Assembly (NCBI GenBank): GCA_040768125.1
Contig: JAXGNG010000002.1
Coordinates: 42,759 to 106,758 of the forward strand
Direction: 5' to 3'
Source of the DNA: Spirochaetota bacterium
GTDB lineage: Bacteria; Spirochaetota; UBA4802; UBA5550
Length of the DNA: 64,000 nucleotides
Position numbers and translations under genes: made by a program. The notes below the pieces were generated by a model. That model was not told where the DNA came from. It saw nothing but the letters and a program-made list of their open reading frames with translations, and did not search any database. Shown here piece after piece: positions 27,211-37,498 of the stretch (its first letter is position 1; each line of letters opens with the position of its first letter).

Positions 27211-27479
27211 CCGGACCGCGGACCGTCGTTTCTCCCCGGGAGTGACAACGGCGATACCGAATATGGCCCGGGGTATCTGTTTGCCACGGGAAGGGCATAT
27301 ATCCACGCCCGGGAAATGCCCCGGGAAGACGGCGGGAAGCCGCGCGGATACCGGCGGTCCGGCGGCATTTCCCCGGGGGCATGGCTGCTCGCGAAGGGGT
27401 GCCGCGGCGAAGCGGCCCCGTGGACAGGAGATGATACTACAAGGTCACCGCGGCCGGTGCGGGCCTTACGGCGGTTCCC

Positions 27480-28442
27480 ATGAATACGAGAGTTCGGGTG
27501 AAAGATTTTCTTGAGGAAACCGGCTCGATCGATCTACACATGCGCCTGGTCGCCGGCGCCTCGGGCCTTGAGAAGGAGATACGGGACGGGGATTTCAACA
27601 GGCCGGGTCTGACCCTGGCGGGATTTTACGACTTCTTCGCCTACGATCGCATCCAGATATTCGGACTCGGAGAATGCGCGTATCTTTCACAGCTCGGCGA
27701 GACGGATAAAAAACGGGTCCTGGAAACATTTTTTTCCTACGATGTACTCTGCTGCATCTTCACCCACGACAACGAGCCCGATTCCATCTTTGTCGAATTC
27801 GCGGAAAAGAAGGGGGTCCCGGTCTTCGTCACGAGCAGGGATACCACCAAGTTCATAACCTCCGTGGTCTACCTCCTGAACGAGGCCTTCGCGCCCACGA
27901 AGACGATTCACGGCACCTTCGTTGACGTGTACGGCATCGGGGTCCTCCTGATCGGCCGCAGCGGCGTCGGTAAAAGCGAATGCGCCCTCGAGCTCATAGA
28001 GCGCGGGCACCGCTTCATAGCCGATGACCTGGTGGAAATCAAGCGCGTTGACGAGGCCATACTGATGGGTTCGGGGGCGCCTGTTCTGAAACACCATATG
28101 GAGATCCGCGGACTCGGCATTATAAACGTGAAGGACGTTTTCGGCATCCGGTCGGTCCGTGACCGGAAGCGGGTCGAGCTCGTCGTCATTATGGAGGAGT
28201 GGGACCAGAACAAGGAATACGACCGACTGGGACTCGAGGAAATGACGTATTCAATCCTCGATCTCGACGTGTCCAGCATCATGGTGCCGGTCCGCCCCGG
28301 ACGGAATATACCTATTATTGTAGAAACCGCCGCCCTGAACCAGAGGCTGAAGAAGCAGGGTATATTTACCGCCCGGGAGCTTGACAGGAGCATCCAGGAG
28401 TCGTTGAAGAAGGGAGTGGTGCGGGAGCATGACCGAACGTGA
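27480..28442 (+). CDS. hprK: HPr kinase/phosphorylase
   Basis: Motifs NRPGL, GRSGVGKSECALELI, ADD, EIRGLGII and VRPGRN. Confidence 0.98.
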   Translation: MNTRVRVKDFLEETGSIDLHMRLVAGASGLEKEIRDGDFNRPGLTLAGFYDFFAYDRIQIFGLGECAYLSQLGETDKKRVLETFFSYDVLCCIFTHDNEPDSIFVEFAEKKGVPVFVTSRDTTKFITSVVYLLNEAFAPTKTIHGTFVDVYGIGVLLIGRSGVGKSECALELIERGHRFIADDLVEIKRVDEAILMGSGAPVLKHHMEIRGLGIINVKDVFGIRSVRDRKRVELVVIMEEWDQNKEYDRLGLEEMTYSILDLDVSSIMVPVRPGRNIPIIVETAALNQRLKKQGIFTARELDRSIQESLKKGVVREHDRT

Positions 28443-28716
28443 AGTGATCGTGAACGGCGATGCCGGCGTGCACGCCAGGCCCGCCATGATGATCGTGAAG
28501 ACGGCGATGAAGTACCCGTGCGACGTCACCCTTGTCAGGGGAACGATGGAGGCGGATTGCAAATCGATCATGTCCGTGCTGGGCCTGGCGATCGCCTCGG
28601 GCTCACGGTTGATCGTTCGCGCCCATGGCGAGGGCGAGAAAGATGCGGTCGATTCGATCGTGTCAATGATAGAAAACAACTTCAGGCTCGATGAAGAACC
28701 TTCTCCGAAAAATTAA
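28429..28716 (+). CDS. ptsH: Phosphocarrier protein HPr
   Basis: GVHARPA (His15) and KSIMSV (Ser46) motifs. Confidence 0.95.
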   Translation: MTEREVIVNGDAGVHARPAMMIVKTAMKYPCDVTLVRGTMEADCKSIMSVLGLAIASGSRLIVRAHGEGEKDAVDSIVSMIENNFRLDEEPSPKN

Positions 28717-30478
28717 GCTCTTTCCCGAGGATGCCAGGGTCCAGGACGTGCTGTTCCTGGTGGGGATCTTCGTGTTCATTTCGATACTCATCATAGGCCT
28801 GTTCCCCGGCACAAGCGTGATGGTCGTGCAGGGGCACGAACTCTTCATCTATGCCGTAATGACGGTGCCCCTTGTCGCCGCTCTCTATTTCATCGTCATG
28901 TCGCTCCGCCAGAACCTGTACACCGGGGCGGACCAGATAGGATCGAGCATTCGAAACAAGATGGCCATCGCCTTCGTGTTCGTCGCCGTGCTTCCCTCGC
29001 TCCCCGTCGTGTTCACGTCGAACTATCTCCTGAACCAGACCCTTTCGGGGCTCATCATAGACAAGACCTCGGGCGCCCTGAAAGAGGCGATCACCATGAC
29101 CAACGAGCCCGTGATCCAGATGAGGAATATCATCCAGGGTGAGCTCGACGCCCTCGGGTACCAGGTGGAGAGAGGCGCCCTGTCGCCCGCCAGCGGTGAA
29201 GGAAGGGAATACCTTCGCCGCATTTACTCCATGAAGGGCTTCACGGTTCTCATCTTCCACGACGGTCCCGCCGGACTCTACACCCTGGGCCATTCCGCCG
29301 CGAAGATAGAAGGGCCCATGGCTGATTTTTACCGTGTTTCGGACAGGGGTGCGGGGACGCGGATCGACAAGGTAAACATAGACGGCAGTGATTACCTGGC
29401 GGGATCAATGCGCCATGGAGACTATCTCCTTGTGCTGTGCAGCAAGGTCCCCGATGACGTGGCGGTCCGCCACGAACTGTTCTCCATGTCCATGGCCGAC
29501 CATAAGCGACTCGCGAGCATTATCAACGATTTAAAAAGCAATGCGGGCCTTTACCTTTTCGGGCTCACGCTTTTCATCATACTCGTCTCGGTGCTGGTGA
29601 GCCTCTACCTTTCCAAGAACATCACCAGGCCCGTTATCCAGCTTTCGGACGCCACGAAGGAGCTCGCCCGGGGGAATTTTGACGTCACCCTGTCCCGGGA
29701 ATCCGACGATGAACTCGGCACCCTCTTCCAGTCATTCAACCGCATGGTCTACGAGCTGAACCGCAACCGGAAGCTCCTGTACCAGAAGCAGAGGCTGGAG
29801 GCCTGGCGTGAAATGGCGCGCCGGGTCGTGCACGAGATAAAGAACCCCCTGACGCCCATACGTCTTTCCGCGGAAAGGATACGGAAGCGGTATATCGAGG
29901 ACCACCCCGACATCCGGAACATAGTTCTCTCCGGCACGGAAACCATTATCGAGGAAGTGGGCGTCCTGATGAACATATTGAGCGAGTTCACGGAGTTCGC
30001 CCGTCTGCCCGAAATGAAGCCGAAAAACGATGATATCAACGACCTGATAGAGAACTGCGTGAACCTCTTCTCCGGCCATGAAAACATCTCCTTCCACGTG
30101 GAGCTCGACGGGCGTATACCTGAAATCTCTATTGACAGAATGCTGATGAAGCAGACATTGAATAACCTTCTGCAAAATGCCGTTGACGCCGTGGGTGAAT
30201 CAGGAAATATTTACATAAAATCCGAAATGGTCTTCGCCGAGGGCATGCAGGTCGTGAGGATATCCATACGCGACGACGGCGAGGGAATCAAGGATTTCAA
30301 CCGGGACAAGATATTCCAGCCGGGTTTTTCCACCAAGTCATCGGGAACCGGACTTGGCCTGGCAATCGTGCATAAAATAATCGTGGAGCACCGGGGGGAT
30401 ATCACGTGCAGATCGGAACCGGGAAGGGGCACCGAGTTCATAATCGATCTTCCGGCGGATCAAAAGGATGGGACCTGA
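28691..30478 (+). CDS. NtrY-like membrane sensor histidine kinase
   Basis: Three N-terminal TMs, a periplasmic domain, TM-HAMP, AWREMARRVVHEIKNPLTPI and HATPase N/G1/F/G2 boxes. Confidence 0.9.
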   Translation: MKNLLRKIKLFPEDARVQDVLFLVGIFVFISILIIGLFPGTSVMVVQGHELFIYAVMTVPLVAALYFIVMSLRQNLYTGADQIGSSIRNKMAIAFVFVAVLPSLPVVFTSNYLLNQTLSGLIIDKTSGALKEAITMTNEPVIQMRNIIQGELDALGYQVERGALSPASGEGREYLRRIYSMKGFTVLIFHDGPAGLYTLGHSAAKIEGPMADFYRVSDRGAGTRIDKVNIDGSDYLAGSMRHGDYLLVLCSKVPDDVAVRHELFSMSMADHKRLASIINDLKSNAGLYLFGLTLFIILVSVLVSLYLSKNITRPVIQLSDATKELARGNFDVTLSRESDDELGTLFQSFNRMVYELNRNRKLLYQKQRLEAWREMARRVVHEIKNPLTPIRLSAERIRKRYIEDHPDIRNIVLSGTETIIEEVGVLMNILSEFTEFARLPEMKPKNDDINDLIENCVNLFSGHENISFHVELDGRIPEISIDRMLMKQTLNNLLQNAVDAVGESGNIYIKSEMVFAEGMQVVRISIRDDGEGIKDFNRDKIFQPGFSTKSSGTGLGLAIVHKIIVEHRGDITCRSEPGRGTEFIIDLPADQKDGT

Positions 30479-30479
30479 C

Positions 30480-31835
30480 ATGGCAAAGATTCTTGTAATT
30501 GACGACGAGATCAACATCATCAAGACCCTCAGCTCGATTCTCCAGGACGAGGAGCATATCGTGTACTCGGGCAGGACCGGCGATGAAGCGATGGAACTGC
30601 TTAAAACGAACGATGTTGACCTGGCGATACTCGACGTGTGGCTGCCCGACGTTGACGGGATAGACCTTCTTGAACGGATTAAGAACCTGAACAGGGAGAT
30701 AGCGGTGATCATGATTTCCGGTCACGGATCAATTGACATCGCGGTGAAGTCCACCAGGCTCGGGGCCTATGACTTCATCCAGAAGCCCCTGGCCATGGAA
30801 CGCGTGATCACCTCCGTCAACAACGCCCTGGAGCACATGCGTCTCAAGCGGGAGAACATCAAGCTTCGGAAGGAGTTCCATGTTGACGACGAGATGATCG
30901 GGAACTCCCCGAGGATCCAGGAGATACGCGATATAATCGAAACCGCGGGAAAGACCAACGCCCGGGTATTCATCACCGGTGACAGCGGGACAGGCAAAGA
31001 GCTGGTTGCCCGCGCGATCTACTACCGTTCCCGGAGAATGGACAAGCCCTTCGTCAAGGTGAACTGCGCCGCGATACCCCACGAGTTGATAGAGAGCGAG
31101 CTTTTCGGCCATGAGAAGGGGGCCTTTACCGGGGCCATAAGCCGTCGAATGGGGAAGTTCGAGCTCGCCGATAACGGCACCATGTTTCTCGACGAGATAT
31201 GCGACATGAGCCTGGCGGCCCAGGCCAAGGTCCTCAGGGTGCTCCAGGAAAACCAGTTCGAGCGCGTGGGAGGAAACGAGACCCTCACCGTCGACGTGCG
31301 GGTAATCGCCGCGACGAACGTTGACGTGAAAAAGGCCGTGGATGAGGGCACCTTCAGGGAGGACCTCTACTACCGCCTGAACGTGATCCCCATACACATG
31401 CCGAACCTGGTAGAAAGGATGGAGGATTTCCCGATGCTCGTGGATTACTTCCTCGAGCGCTTTTCCCAGGAGCACGGGATCGGGCTGAAGCAGATCGACA
31501 AGGCGGGGATGAAGGAGCTCTCCCGGCACGGCTGGCCGGGCAACGTCAGGGAGCTGAAAAACATGATCGAACGGCTGAGCATAATGGTCCAGGGAGAGGT
31601 TATCGGCCGGGACGATATCCGCAAGCACATGGAGTCCTATGACTACGATGATTTCATGACGCGTGATATCTCCTCCCTTAAGAAGGCGCGCGAGGATTTT
31701 GAAAAGGATTTCATCATACGGGCACTTAAAAACAGCGAGGGGAACGTGACTGCCGCGTCGAAAGAGCTCGGTATCGAGAGAACAAACCTGCACAGGAAAA
31801 TGAAGCAGTACGGCATCAATGCCGACCGCATCTAG
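30480..31835 (+). CDS. NtrX-like sigma54-dependent response regulator (REC-AAA+-HTH)
   Basis: Motifs LDVWLP, ISGHG, GDSGTGKE, an intact GAFTGA, WPGNVREL and a Fis-type HTH. Confidence 0.93.
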   Translation: MAKILVIDDEINIIKTLSSILQDEEHIVYSGRTGDEAMELLKTNDVDLAILDVWLPDVDGIDLLERIKNLNREIAVIMISGHGSIDIAVKSTRLGAYDFIQKPLAMERVITSVNNALEHMRLKRENIKLRKEFHVDDEMIGNSPRIQEIRDIIETAGKTNARVFITGDSGTGKELVARAIYYRSRRMDKPFVKVNCAAIPHELIESELFGHEKGAFTGAISRRMGKFELADNGTMFLDEICDMSLAAQAKVLRVLQENQFERVGGNETLTVDVRVIAATNVDVKKAVDEGTFREDLYYRLNVIPIHMPNLVERMEDFPMLVDYFLERFSQEHGIGLKQIDKAGMKELSRHGWPGNVRELKNMIERLSIMVQGEVIGRDDIRKHMESYDYDDFMTRDISSLKKAREDFEKDFIIRALKNSEGNVTAASKELGIERTNLHRKMKQYGINADRI

Positions 31836-31857
31836 GGGTCCCCGTCTTTGGAAGCGA

Positions 31858-32525
31858 TGAACGGCGACATGGCGAGCGGTTCAGTCGAACAGGATCTCGC
31901 GGTTCTGCTGACGCACCCTTCGTTTCAGGGGAGAATACTTCTCTACCGGGGGGAGGAGGAACGCGCGCGGCTGCTGGAATGGCTCGAAAGGAAAGCGCCG
32001 CCGACGGGACGGAGGGATGACGGTGACCTGCGCGGGCTTATCGAGGAGTGCAACAGGTGTCCCGGGGCGTCGGAAAAAAAGATGGGAATCGGCACCGGCG
32101 AGAACCGCGTGATGGTGATTCTCAACTCTCCTCCCTTGGTCAACCTGGTCGAGAAAAAAATGCTCCGCGCCGAATCGGTGGAGCTCATGAAAAAAATGCT
32201 CGGGGCGGCGGGCATCGATTTCTCGGCAAGCTACATCACGAACCTGGTCAAGTGCGAGGTGCGGGACCCGGTGCTCAAACCGAGCCAGGTGGTGAGCAAC
32301 TGCGAGCGCATCATCATGCGGGAAATAGAGGTCCTCGCCCCCCGTGTCGCCCTGGTCTTCGGCGACATCATGCCCCTCCAGCGTATCATCAAAATGAGCG
32401 CCGATGTATTCTGGTACAACATCGAGCACCCGATCACCATCATCAAGAACCCCGAACTCAAGCGCCCGGCATGGAACACCCTGAAACTCGTCATGGCGAA
32501 ACTCAGGGAGCTGAATCTTCCCTGA
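31858..32525 (+). CDS. Uracil-DNA glycosylase family 4-like protein with degenerate active site
   Basis: Retains CNRC, YITNLVKC, C...REI and HP motifs. The GEAPG motif is replaced by LNSPP. Confidence 0.7.
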
Positions 32526-32549
32526 GGCCCCGTATCGGTTTCCGTTCGC

Positions 32550-33575
32550 TTAAACGCCTCCCGGGAATTTGAAGGAGTACCCGGCCCCGAGGCCCACGGT
32601 GAGCTGCTGGCTTTTCTGCTTCTGGTCGATCCTGGCGTACCATCCCGGGATGCCGCCAGCTTCCGGGACGGGGAGGTAGTAGGACTGGTTCTGCGTGCCC
32701 TTCGCCGATATCCAGATGTAATCGAGGGTGGCGGTGATGAATATGCGGTTCGAAAAGAGGTAGCGAAGCTTCAGGAGGGGCATGAAGGCGGTCCCCCTGC
32801 ATTCACCCTTCGATCGCTTGGCCCTCAGGATATGGTTATCATCATCAAAGCCCTTGAGGTAGGGGGAAAAACGGATGGCCGCCGCGATATCGAGCGATCC
32901 CCCCCCGAAGCGGGCGGTGAACACGGGGGTCACCTGGAGGGTGAAGATGTAGTAATGTATGGTGTAGGTGAGGACCCGTCCGGGAATTCGAATGACCTCC
33001 GGCGGGCCGATGTAGGGGCTCACGGTCGAGTACACGCTCACCTGCTCGACGTTGCTGCACCGGTAGTCCAGGTACTGGTGGGTGAACCCTGCCCCCATCC
33101 TGAGGGTGAAAAAGGACACGGTAAAAAGCCGCGCGATGAGGTCCGCGTCAGTAAACAGGGCGTTGACACGGGTGTCGCTTTCGGAGTATATGGTCTTGAT
33201 CCCCGCATAGGGCACCCAGTCGGAATCCTCCATCTTGCCGACCCGTTCGTTGAGGTTTTTCCGCACGGAGTAGTGCAGCGTGACGCGGTCAAAGAAGGTG
33301 AAGCCGAGGTCCGCGTAGATCATGAACACGTCGACGGGGAACTTGAGCTCGCTGATAGGGAAGTGGGACCGGTAGGCGCCGCCGCGGTACAGTGTCGTCC
33401 CCCCTATCTGGTACAGCGTGTGAAAGAAACGGCGCTCAAATCCGTTCTCGAGGTCGAGGACGAACACAGGGGGTCGCTCCCGTTCGACCTGATCCATGCC
33501 GGGCCCGGATATGGCCTTCGTGCCGCACAGCACCGCGCAGGCGGCAAGGGCAAACACCAGGGCCCTATGCGCCAA
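32550..33575 (-). CDS. Omptin-family outer-membrane protease
   Basis: Signal peptide, ISELKF, GKMEDSDW (Asp-x-Asp pair), DDDNHILR (Asp-x-His pair) and a C-terminal beta strand GLGAGYSF. Confidence 0.8.
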   Translation of the reverse strand: MAHRALVFALAACAVLCGTKAISGPGMDQVERERPPVFVLDLENGFERRFFHTLYQIGGTTLYRGGAYRSHFPISELKFPVDVFMIYADLGFTFFDRVTLHYSVRKNLNERVGKMEDSDWVPYAGIKTIYSESDTRVNALFTDADLIARLFTVSFFTLRMGAGFTHQYLDYRCSNVEQVSVYSTVSPYIGPPEVIRIPGRVLTYTIHYYIFTLQVTPVFTARFGGGSLDIAAAIRFSPYLKGFDDDNHILRAKRSKGECRGTAFMPLLKLRYLFSNRIFITATLDYIWISAKGTQNQSYYLPVPEAGGIPGWYARIDQKQKSQQLTVGLGAGYSFKFPGGV

Positions 33576-34011
33576 TTTTCTCTCCCAGGACCGATTTGAC
33601 CAGGGCGCCGTCCGCCCGTCCCTTCAGTTCCTTCATGATCTCTCCCATGACGCGGCCGAAATCCTTCTGGGTGATCTCTCCCATTCCGGCGAGCTTTTCC
33701 GTTATGTGCGCCTCGATCTCCTCCCTGGTGAGCTGTTGCGGCAGGTATTCCTCGACGACGGTAAGTTCGGCCGCCTCCTTCTCGGCGAGGTCCTCCCTGT
33801 TGCCCTTCTGGAATTCCTTGATCGATTCCTTCCTTCGCTTGGCCGCCCGGGTCAGGATCTCAACAACCTGCTCTTCTTCCAGGTCCTTGCCTGTTTTTCC
33901 CTTTTCGTAGGATATGTCCGATTTCAGCATTTTAAGGGTGCCGGCCCTGAGGCTGTCGCCTGATTTTATCGCGTTTTTCAGATCCGCGTCTATTCGTTCG
34001 AGGAGGCTCAT
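33565..34011 (-). CDS. yqeY: GatB/YqeY domain protein
   Basis: Motifs LKNAIKSGD, KRRKESI, YLPQQL and GRVMG...GRADG. Confidence 0.93.
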   Translation of the reverse strand: MSLLERIDADLKNAIKSGDSLRAGTLKMLKSDISYEKGKTGKDLEEEQVVEILTRAAKRRKESIKEFQKGNREDLAEKEAAELTVVEEYLPQQLTREEIEAHITEKLAGMGEITQKDFGRVMGEIMKELKGRADGALVKSVLGEKIGA

Positions 34012-34270
34012 GGCAGTATCCTGATAATTAAAAGTAGTGACTCGTTCTTTTGTGACGATTTATTCGATAGTGTCAATAATTTTTTCTTACCAATAAAATT
34101 ATAATGCTGAGCGGATGGTTATTCGTAGAGCAGCGCCATGGAGATGCCGGCGCGCAGTATTCGTCGGAAAATGGCCAAGACCGTTTGTTATGTCTCCTTT
34201 TACATTGACTTTTTCCCACCCCGGCTGATAATGCCGGATGCCATACCATTCGGAAGGAGAGAATCATTTC

Positions 34271-36256
34271 GTGGAGGTTCAGAGGGACGGAACATACGCG
34301 GACCTGCATATCCCCTATCCCATCGAGAAGCTGTTCACCTACCGTGTTCCCGACGGGATGGAGATGGAACCCTGCACCAGGGTGAGAGTTGATTTCGCGG
34401 GAAGGGAACTCACCGCCTATGTCGAGCGTGTTCACCGGGAGCCCCCCGAGGGTTTCGAGGTCAAGGATATCCTGGCCAGGGTTGATCCCGGGCCGATTTT
34501 CGATTCCCGCCTCGTTGATCTGGCGAAGTATACGGCGGAGAACTATCTCTCTTCAGTCGGCGAGGCCCTGGCCATGGCCCTTCCATCGGGAATGCGGGTG
34601 ACGAGAAGGGGAGGCGATCCATCCGTCACCGGAGGCGCCTCCTCACGGGCGGTCACGCTCAATGACGAGCAGCGCGCCGTCTACGAGCGGATCATGGATT
34701 CCCGGGGAAGCGATGCCCGGACCCATCTCATCTTCGGCATAACGGGGAGCGGAAAGACCGAGATATATATCGAGGCGGCGAAGCGGATGCGCGGGGAGGG
34801 CCTTTCCGTTATCTACCTGGTTCCCGAGATATCCCTTTCCTCGATGTTTTTCGATCGTCTCCGGGCCGTCTTCGGCGATGACCTGATACTCTACCACAGC
34901 CATCTCACGCCGAACCAGCGGCTCGGAAACTGGATCAAGTTCTACCGCGGAGAGGTGGGTGTCGCCGTGGGGACGCGGTCCGCCGTTTTTCTCCAGTGCC
35001 CCAGGCTGGGAATGATCGTTATCGACGAGGAACATGACGGCTCCTACAAGGAGCATCGCACCCCCCGCTACAACGCGAGGCGGCTTGCCATGCACCGCTC
35101 CGAGAAGGAAGGGGCGCTCCTGGTCATGGGGTCCGCCACGCCCGCCGTGGAGACCCTCTACGCCTGCGAGCGCGGCCGGATCGCCCTTCATACCCTGGTC
35201 AGGCGGTACGGCGACGCGGCGCTCCCCGATGTGGAAATCGTGAGGATCGCGTCCACCAGGCCGAGGGACATCATCTCGACGCCCCTGAAGCTCCGCACGC
35301 GTCGCGCCGTGGACGCGAAGGGGCAGGTTATCTATCTCCTCAACCGCCGCGGATTCGCCCCGATAGTAATCTGCAACCGCTGCGGCTGGACCGTGGAATG
35401 CCCGGAATGCAGCATCGCCATGAATTTTCACCGGGACAGGAACATGCTCTGCCACTATTGCGGGCGACAGGACCCCGTGCCGGCGACGTGCAAAAAGTGC
35501 GGCTCCGAGGACGTGGAAAAGGTCGGGGCCGGGACCCAGCGCCTCGAGGAGATCATCGCGAAGGAGTTCCGCGACTGCTCGATTTTTCGTCTCGACCAGG
35601 ACAGTTCGAGGAAAAAAGACACGGTTCCGGATCTCATCGCCAGGATGAAGAGCGGTGAGATCGACATTCTCGTGGGTACCCAGCTCGTGGCCAAGGGCTT
35701 CGATTTCCCGACAGTGACACTCGTGGGGGTGCTCCTCGCGGATATCGGGATGAACATTCCCGATTTCAGGTCGTCGGAGCGGATATTCTCCCTCCTGGTC
35801 CAGGTTGCGGGCCGATCGGGGCGTGGCGAATCCCCCGGGAGGGTCATCATCCAGACCCTGGACCCGGAGAATCCCCTCTTTAAATTTCTACGACGCCAGG
35901 ATTATTACGGGTTTTACCGGAGCGAACTGGAGGCGCGGAGGGCCCTTCGCTATCCCCCCTTCGCCAGGATCGCGCGGCTTCTCGCCAGGGGGAGCAACCG
36001 GGATCGCGTGATCGCCGCCATCGGAAGCGTCAGGGACGCCCTGGAGGAAGGCATCGCGAAGGCAGGCGCCGGGATCACCATGCTCGGTCCCTCCGCGGCG
36101 CCCCTGGAAAAAATCGCCGGCAACTACCGGCACCATATCATCCTGAAATCGGCGGACCTGGGCGCGCTCCGCGCCGTGATCGCCGGGGCCCGGGACGCCA
36201 TTGCCCAGGCCGACGTCTATCTCGAAATAGACATCGATCCCTACGACATGATGTGA
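34271..36256 (+). CDS. priA: Primosomal protein N' (replication restart helicase)
   Basis: Motifs GITGSGKTE, LVPEI, DEEHD, GSATP, four CxxC Zn motifs and QVAGRSGR. I chose GTG 34271 after an AAGGAG RBS; the ORF track opens at 34238. Confidence 0.97.
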   Translation: MEVQRDGTYADLHIPYPIEKLFTYRVPDGMEMEPCTRVRVDFAGRELTAYVERVHREPPEGFEVKDILARVDPGPIFDSRLVDLAKYTAENYLSSVGEALAMALPSGMRVTRRGGDPSVTGGASSRAVTLNDEQRAVYERIMDSRGSDARTHLIFGITGSGKTEIYIEAAKRMRGEGLSVIYLVPEISLSSMFFDRLRAVFGDDLILYHSHLTPNQRLGNWIKFYRGEVGVAVGTRSAVFLQCPRLGMIVIDEEHDGSYKEHRTPRYNARRLAMHRSEKEGALLVMGSATPAVETLYACERGRIALHTLVRRYGDAALPDVEIVRIASTRPRDIISTPLKLRTRRAVDAKGQVIYLLNRRGFAPIVICNRCGWTVECPECSIAMNFHRDRNMLCHYCGRQDPVPATCKKCGSEDVEKVGAGTQRLEEIIAKEFRDCSIFRLDQDSSRKKDTVPDLIARMKSGEIDILVGTQLVAKGFDFPTVTLVGVLLADIGMNIPDFRSSERIFSLLVQVAGRSGRGESPGRVIIQTLDPENPLFKFLRRQDYYGFYRSELEARRALRYPPFARIARLLARGSNRDRVIAAIGSVRDALEEGIAKAGAGITMLGPSAAPLEKIAGNYRHHIILKSADLGALRAVIAGARDAIAQADVYLEIDIDPYDMM

Positions 36257-36259
36257 CCC

Positions 36260-37495
36260 CTACCGCCCCGCGAGCTCCCGCGCGATCATCCGGTCCAGGA
36301 TCTCCAGGGGCGGCACGCCCTCCATCTTCCTGCCCCCGATGAAAAGCGTCGGCGTCGCGCTGACGCCGAGTTCCTTCGCCAGGGCGATGTCCCTCTCGAG
36401 GCGCCGAGTCGTTTCCTCGGAATTCATCATGGCGGTGAATTCCTTTTCGCCGATTCCCTCCCGCTTCGCGCCGCTGTTCCTGAAGGCTTCGAGGGCCGAT
36501 TCGGTGCCGTAGCCGGTGTGGATGCGCCCGTAATCCGCGAAGTGGGATACGATATATCGATCGAGGATTCCCGCCTCCGACGCGGCGATAATGGCCCTTG
36601 AGGCCAGGCAAGCGTTCGCGTACAGGGTTCTCCTCACGTCGGGGTTGCACTCCCCGTCCAGTGGATAGTTGAAGTAGACGATGCGTATCCGTCCGTGGTA
36701 CTTCGAGAGGAGGAATTTCTCCATGCGATAGAATTCATGGCATGCGCTGCAGAGAAAATCGGTAAAGGCCGTGATGGTAACCGGGGCCCCGGCATCCCCG
36801 AGGATGATGCCGCTCTCGGGGAAGGCGATCTCCTGGCCCGGGGTGCGGTAAAACTCCTGGAGAATTGATTCTATCTTCTCCGGGGGCATCCTTTTCCGCT
36901 CCGTCTTGAGACGCATGATATGGGATGTTGAAAAGAGGGCGAATGCGAGAAGAAACATGAAAAGGATGAAGGACGCGTAAAAGGCCTTCCGGTCGGGAGA
37001 GGCCTCGCGGTCGGAGAGGATCTCACGGAATGTGGCGGCAAGACCGGTTCCACCGGTCTCTCGGTCCAGCCTGGACCAGAGGAGCAGGAGGGCGAGGACT
37101 GCCAGGTTCACCCCGTAGGTGGCGATGCAGAGGGCGCAGAAGAGACCAGTCTTCACGAGCAGTGCGCCGAGGAGAATGTCCGCTGTCACGGCCGCGCAGG
37201 CCAGGGGCAGGAGGGCGGCAAGGGAATAGGCGTAATACCGTCCCCTGGCGTAGTCGGCAATGAGGAGCATGAAGACGGCGGTCAGGTGCCAGAAGAGCCC
37301 GAATGCGGCCATGGGCATCCCGAGGAGGGTGGAATAGGGCGACTGCGCCAGGGTGAGGCATGAATTGACCAGTCCACCGCCGCAGAAGAGCGATCCGGGA
37401 CCGGAGTCGGGATAGTAGTGCTGGAGGAGGAGCATGCCCGAGAGTGCCGCGCCGGCTATTGAAAGGAAAAGGATCGCGTAGACGTATTTCTTCAT
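36260..37495 (-). CDS. VKOR-DsbA (thioredoxin-fold) fusion protein
   Basis: VKOR part has a loop Cys pair, SPYS and CALC. The DsbA part has FTDFLCSAC and the cis-Pro loop GVSATPT. Confidence 0.88.
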   Translation of the reverse strand: MKKYVYAILFLSIAGAALSGMLLLQHYYPDSGPGSLFCGGGLVNSCLTLAQSPYSTLLGMPMAAFGLFWHLTAVFMLLIADYARGRYYAYSLAALLPLACAAVTADILLGALLVKTGLFCALCIATYGVNLAVLALLLLWSRLDRETGGTGLAATFREILSDREASPDRKAFYASFILFMFLLAFALFSTSHIMRLKTERKRMPPEKIESILQEFYRTPGQEIAFPESGIILGDAGAPVTITAFTDFLCSACHEFYRMEKFLLSKYHGRIRIVYFNYPLDGECNPDVRRTLYANACLASRAIIAASEAGILDRYIVSHFADYGRIHTGYGTESALEAFRNSGAKREGIGEKEFTAMMNSEETTRRLERDIALAKELGVSATPTLFIGGRKMEGVPPLEILDRMIARELAGR

Positions 37496-37498
37496 CGT

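Noticed and set aside
27211-27479. GC-rich hpf-hprK spacer with inverted repeat GGGAAATGCC/GGCATTTCCC and a 90-aa ORF
   Set aside because: Short stems are expected at this GC content. The ORF has no protein-like features and there is no ptsN remnant.
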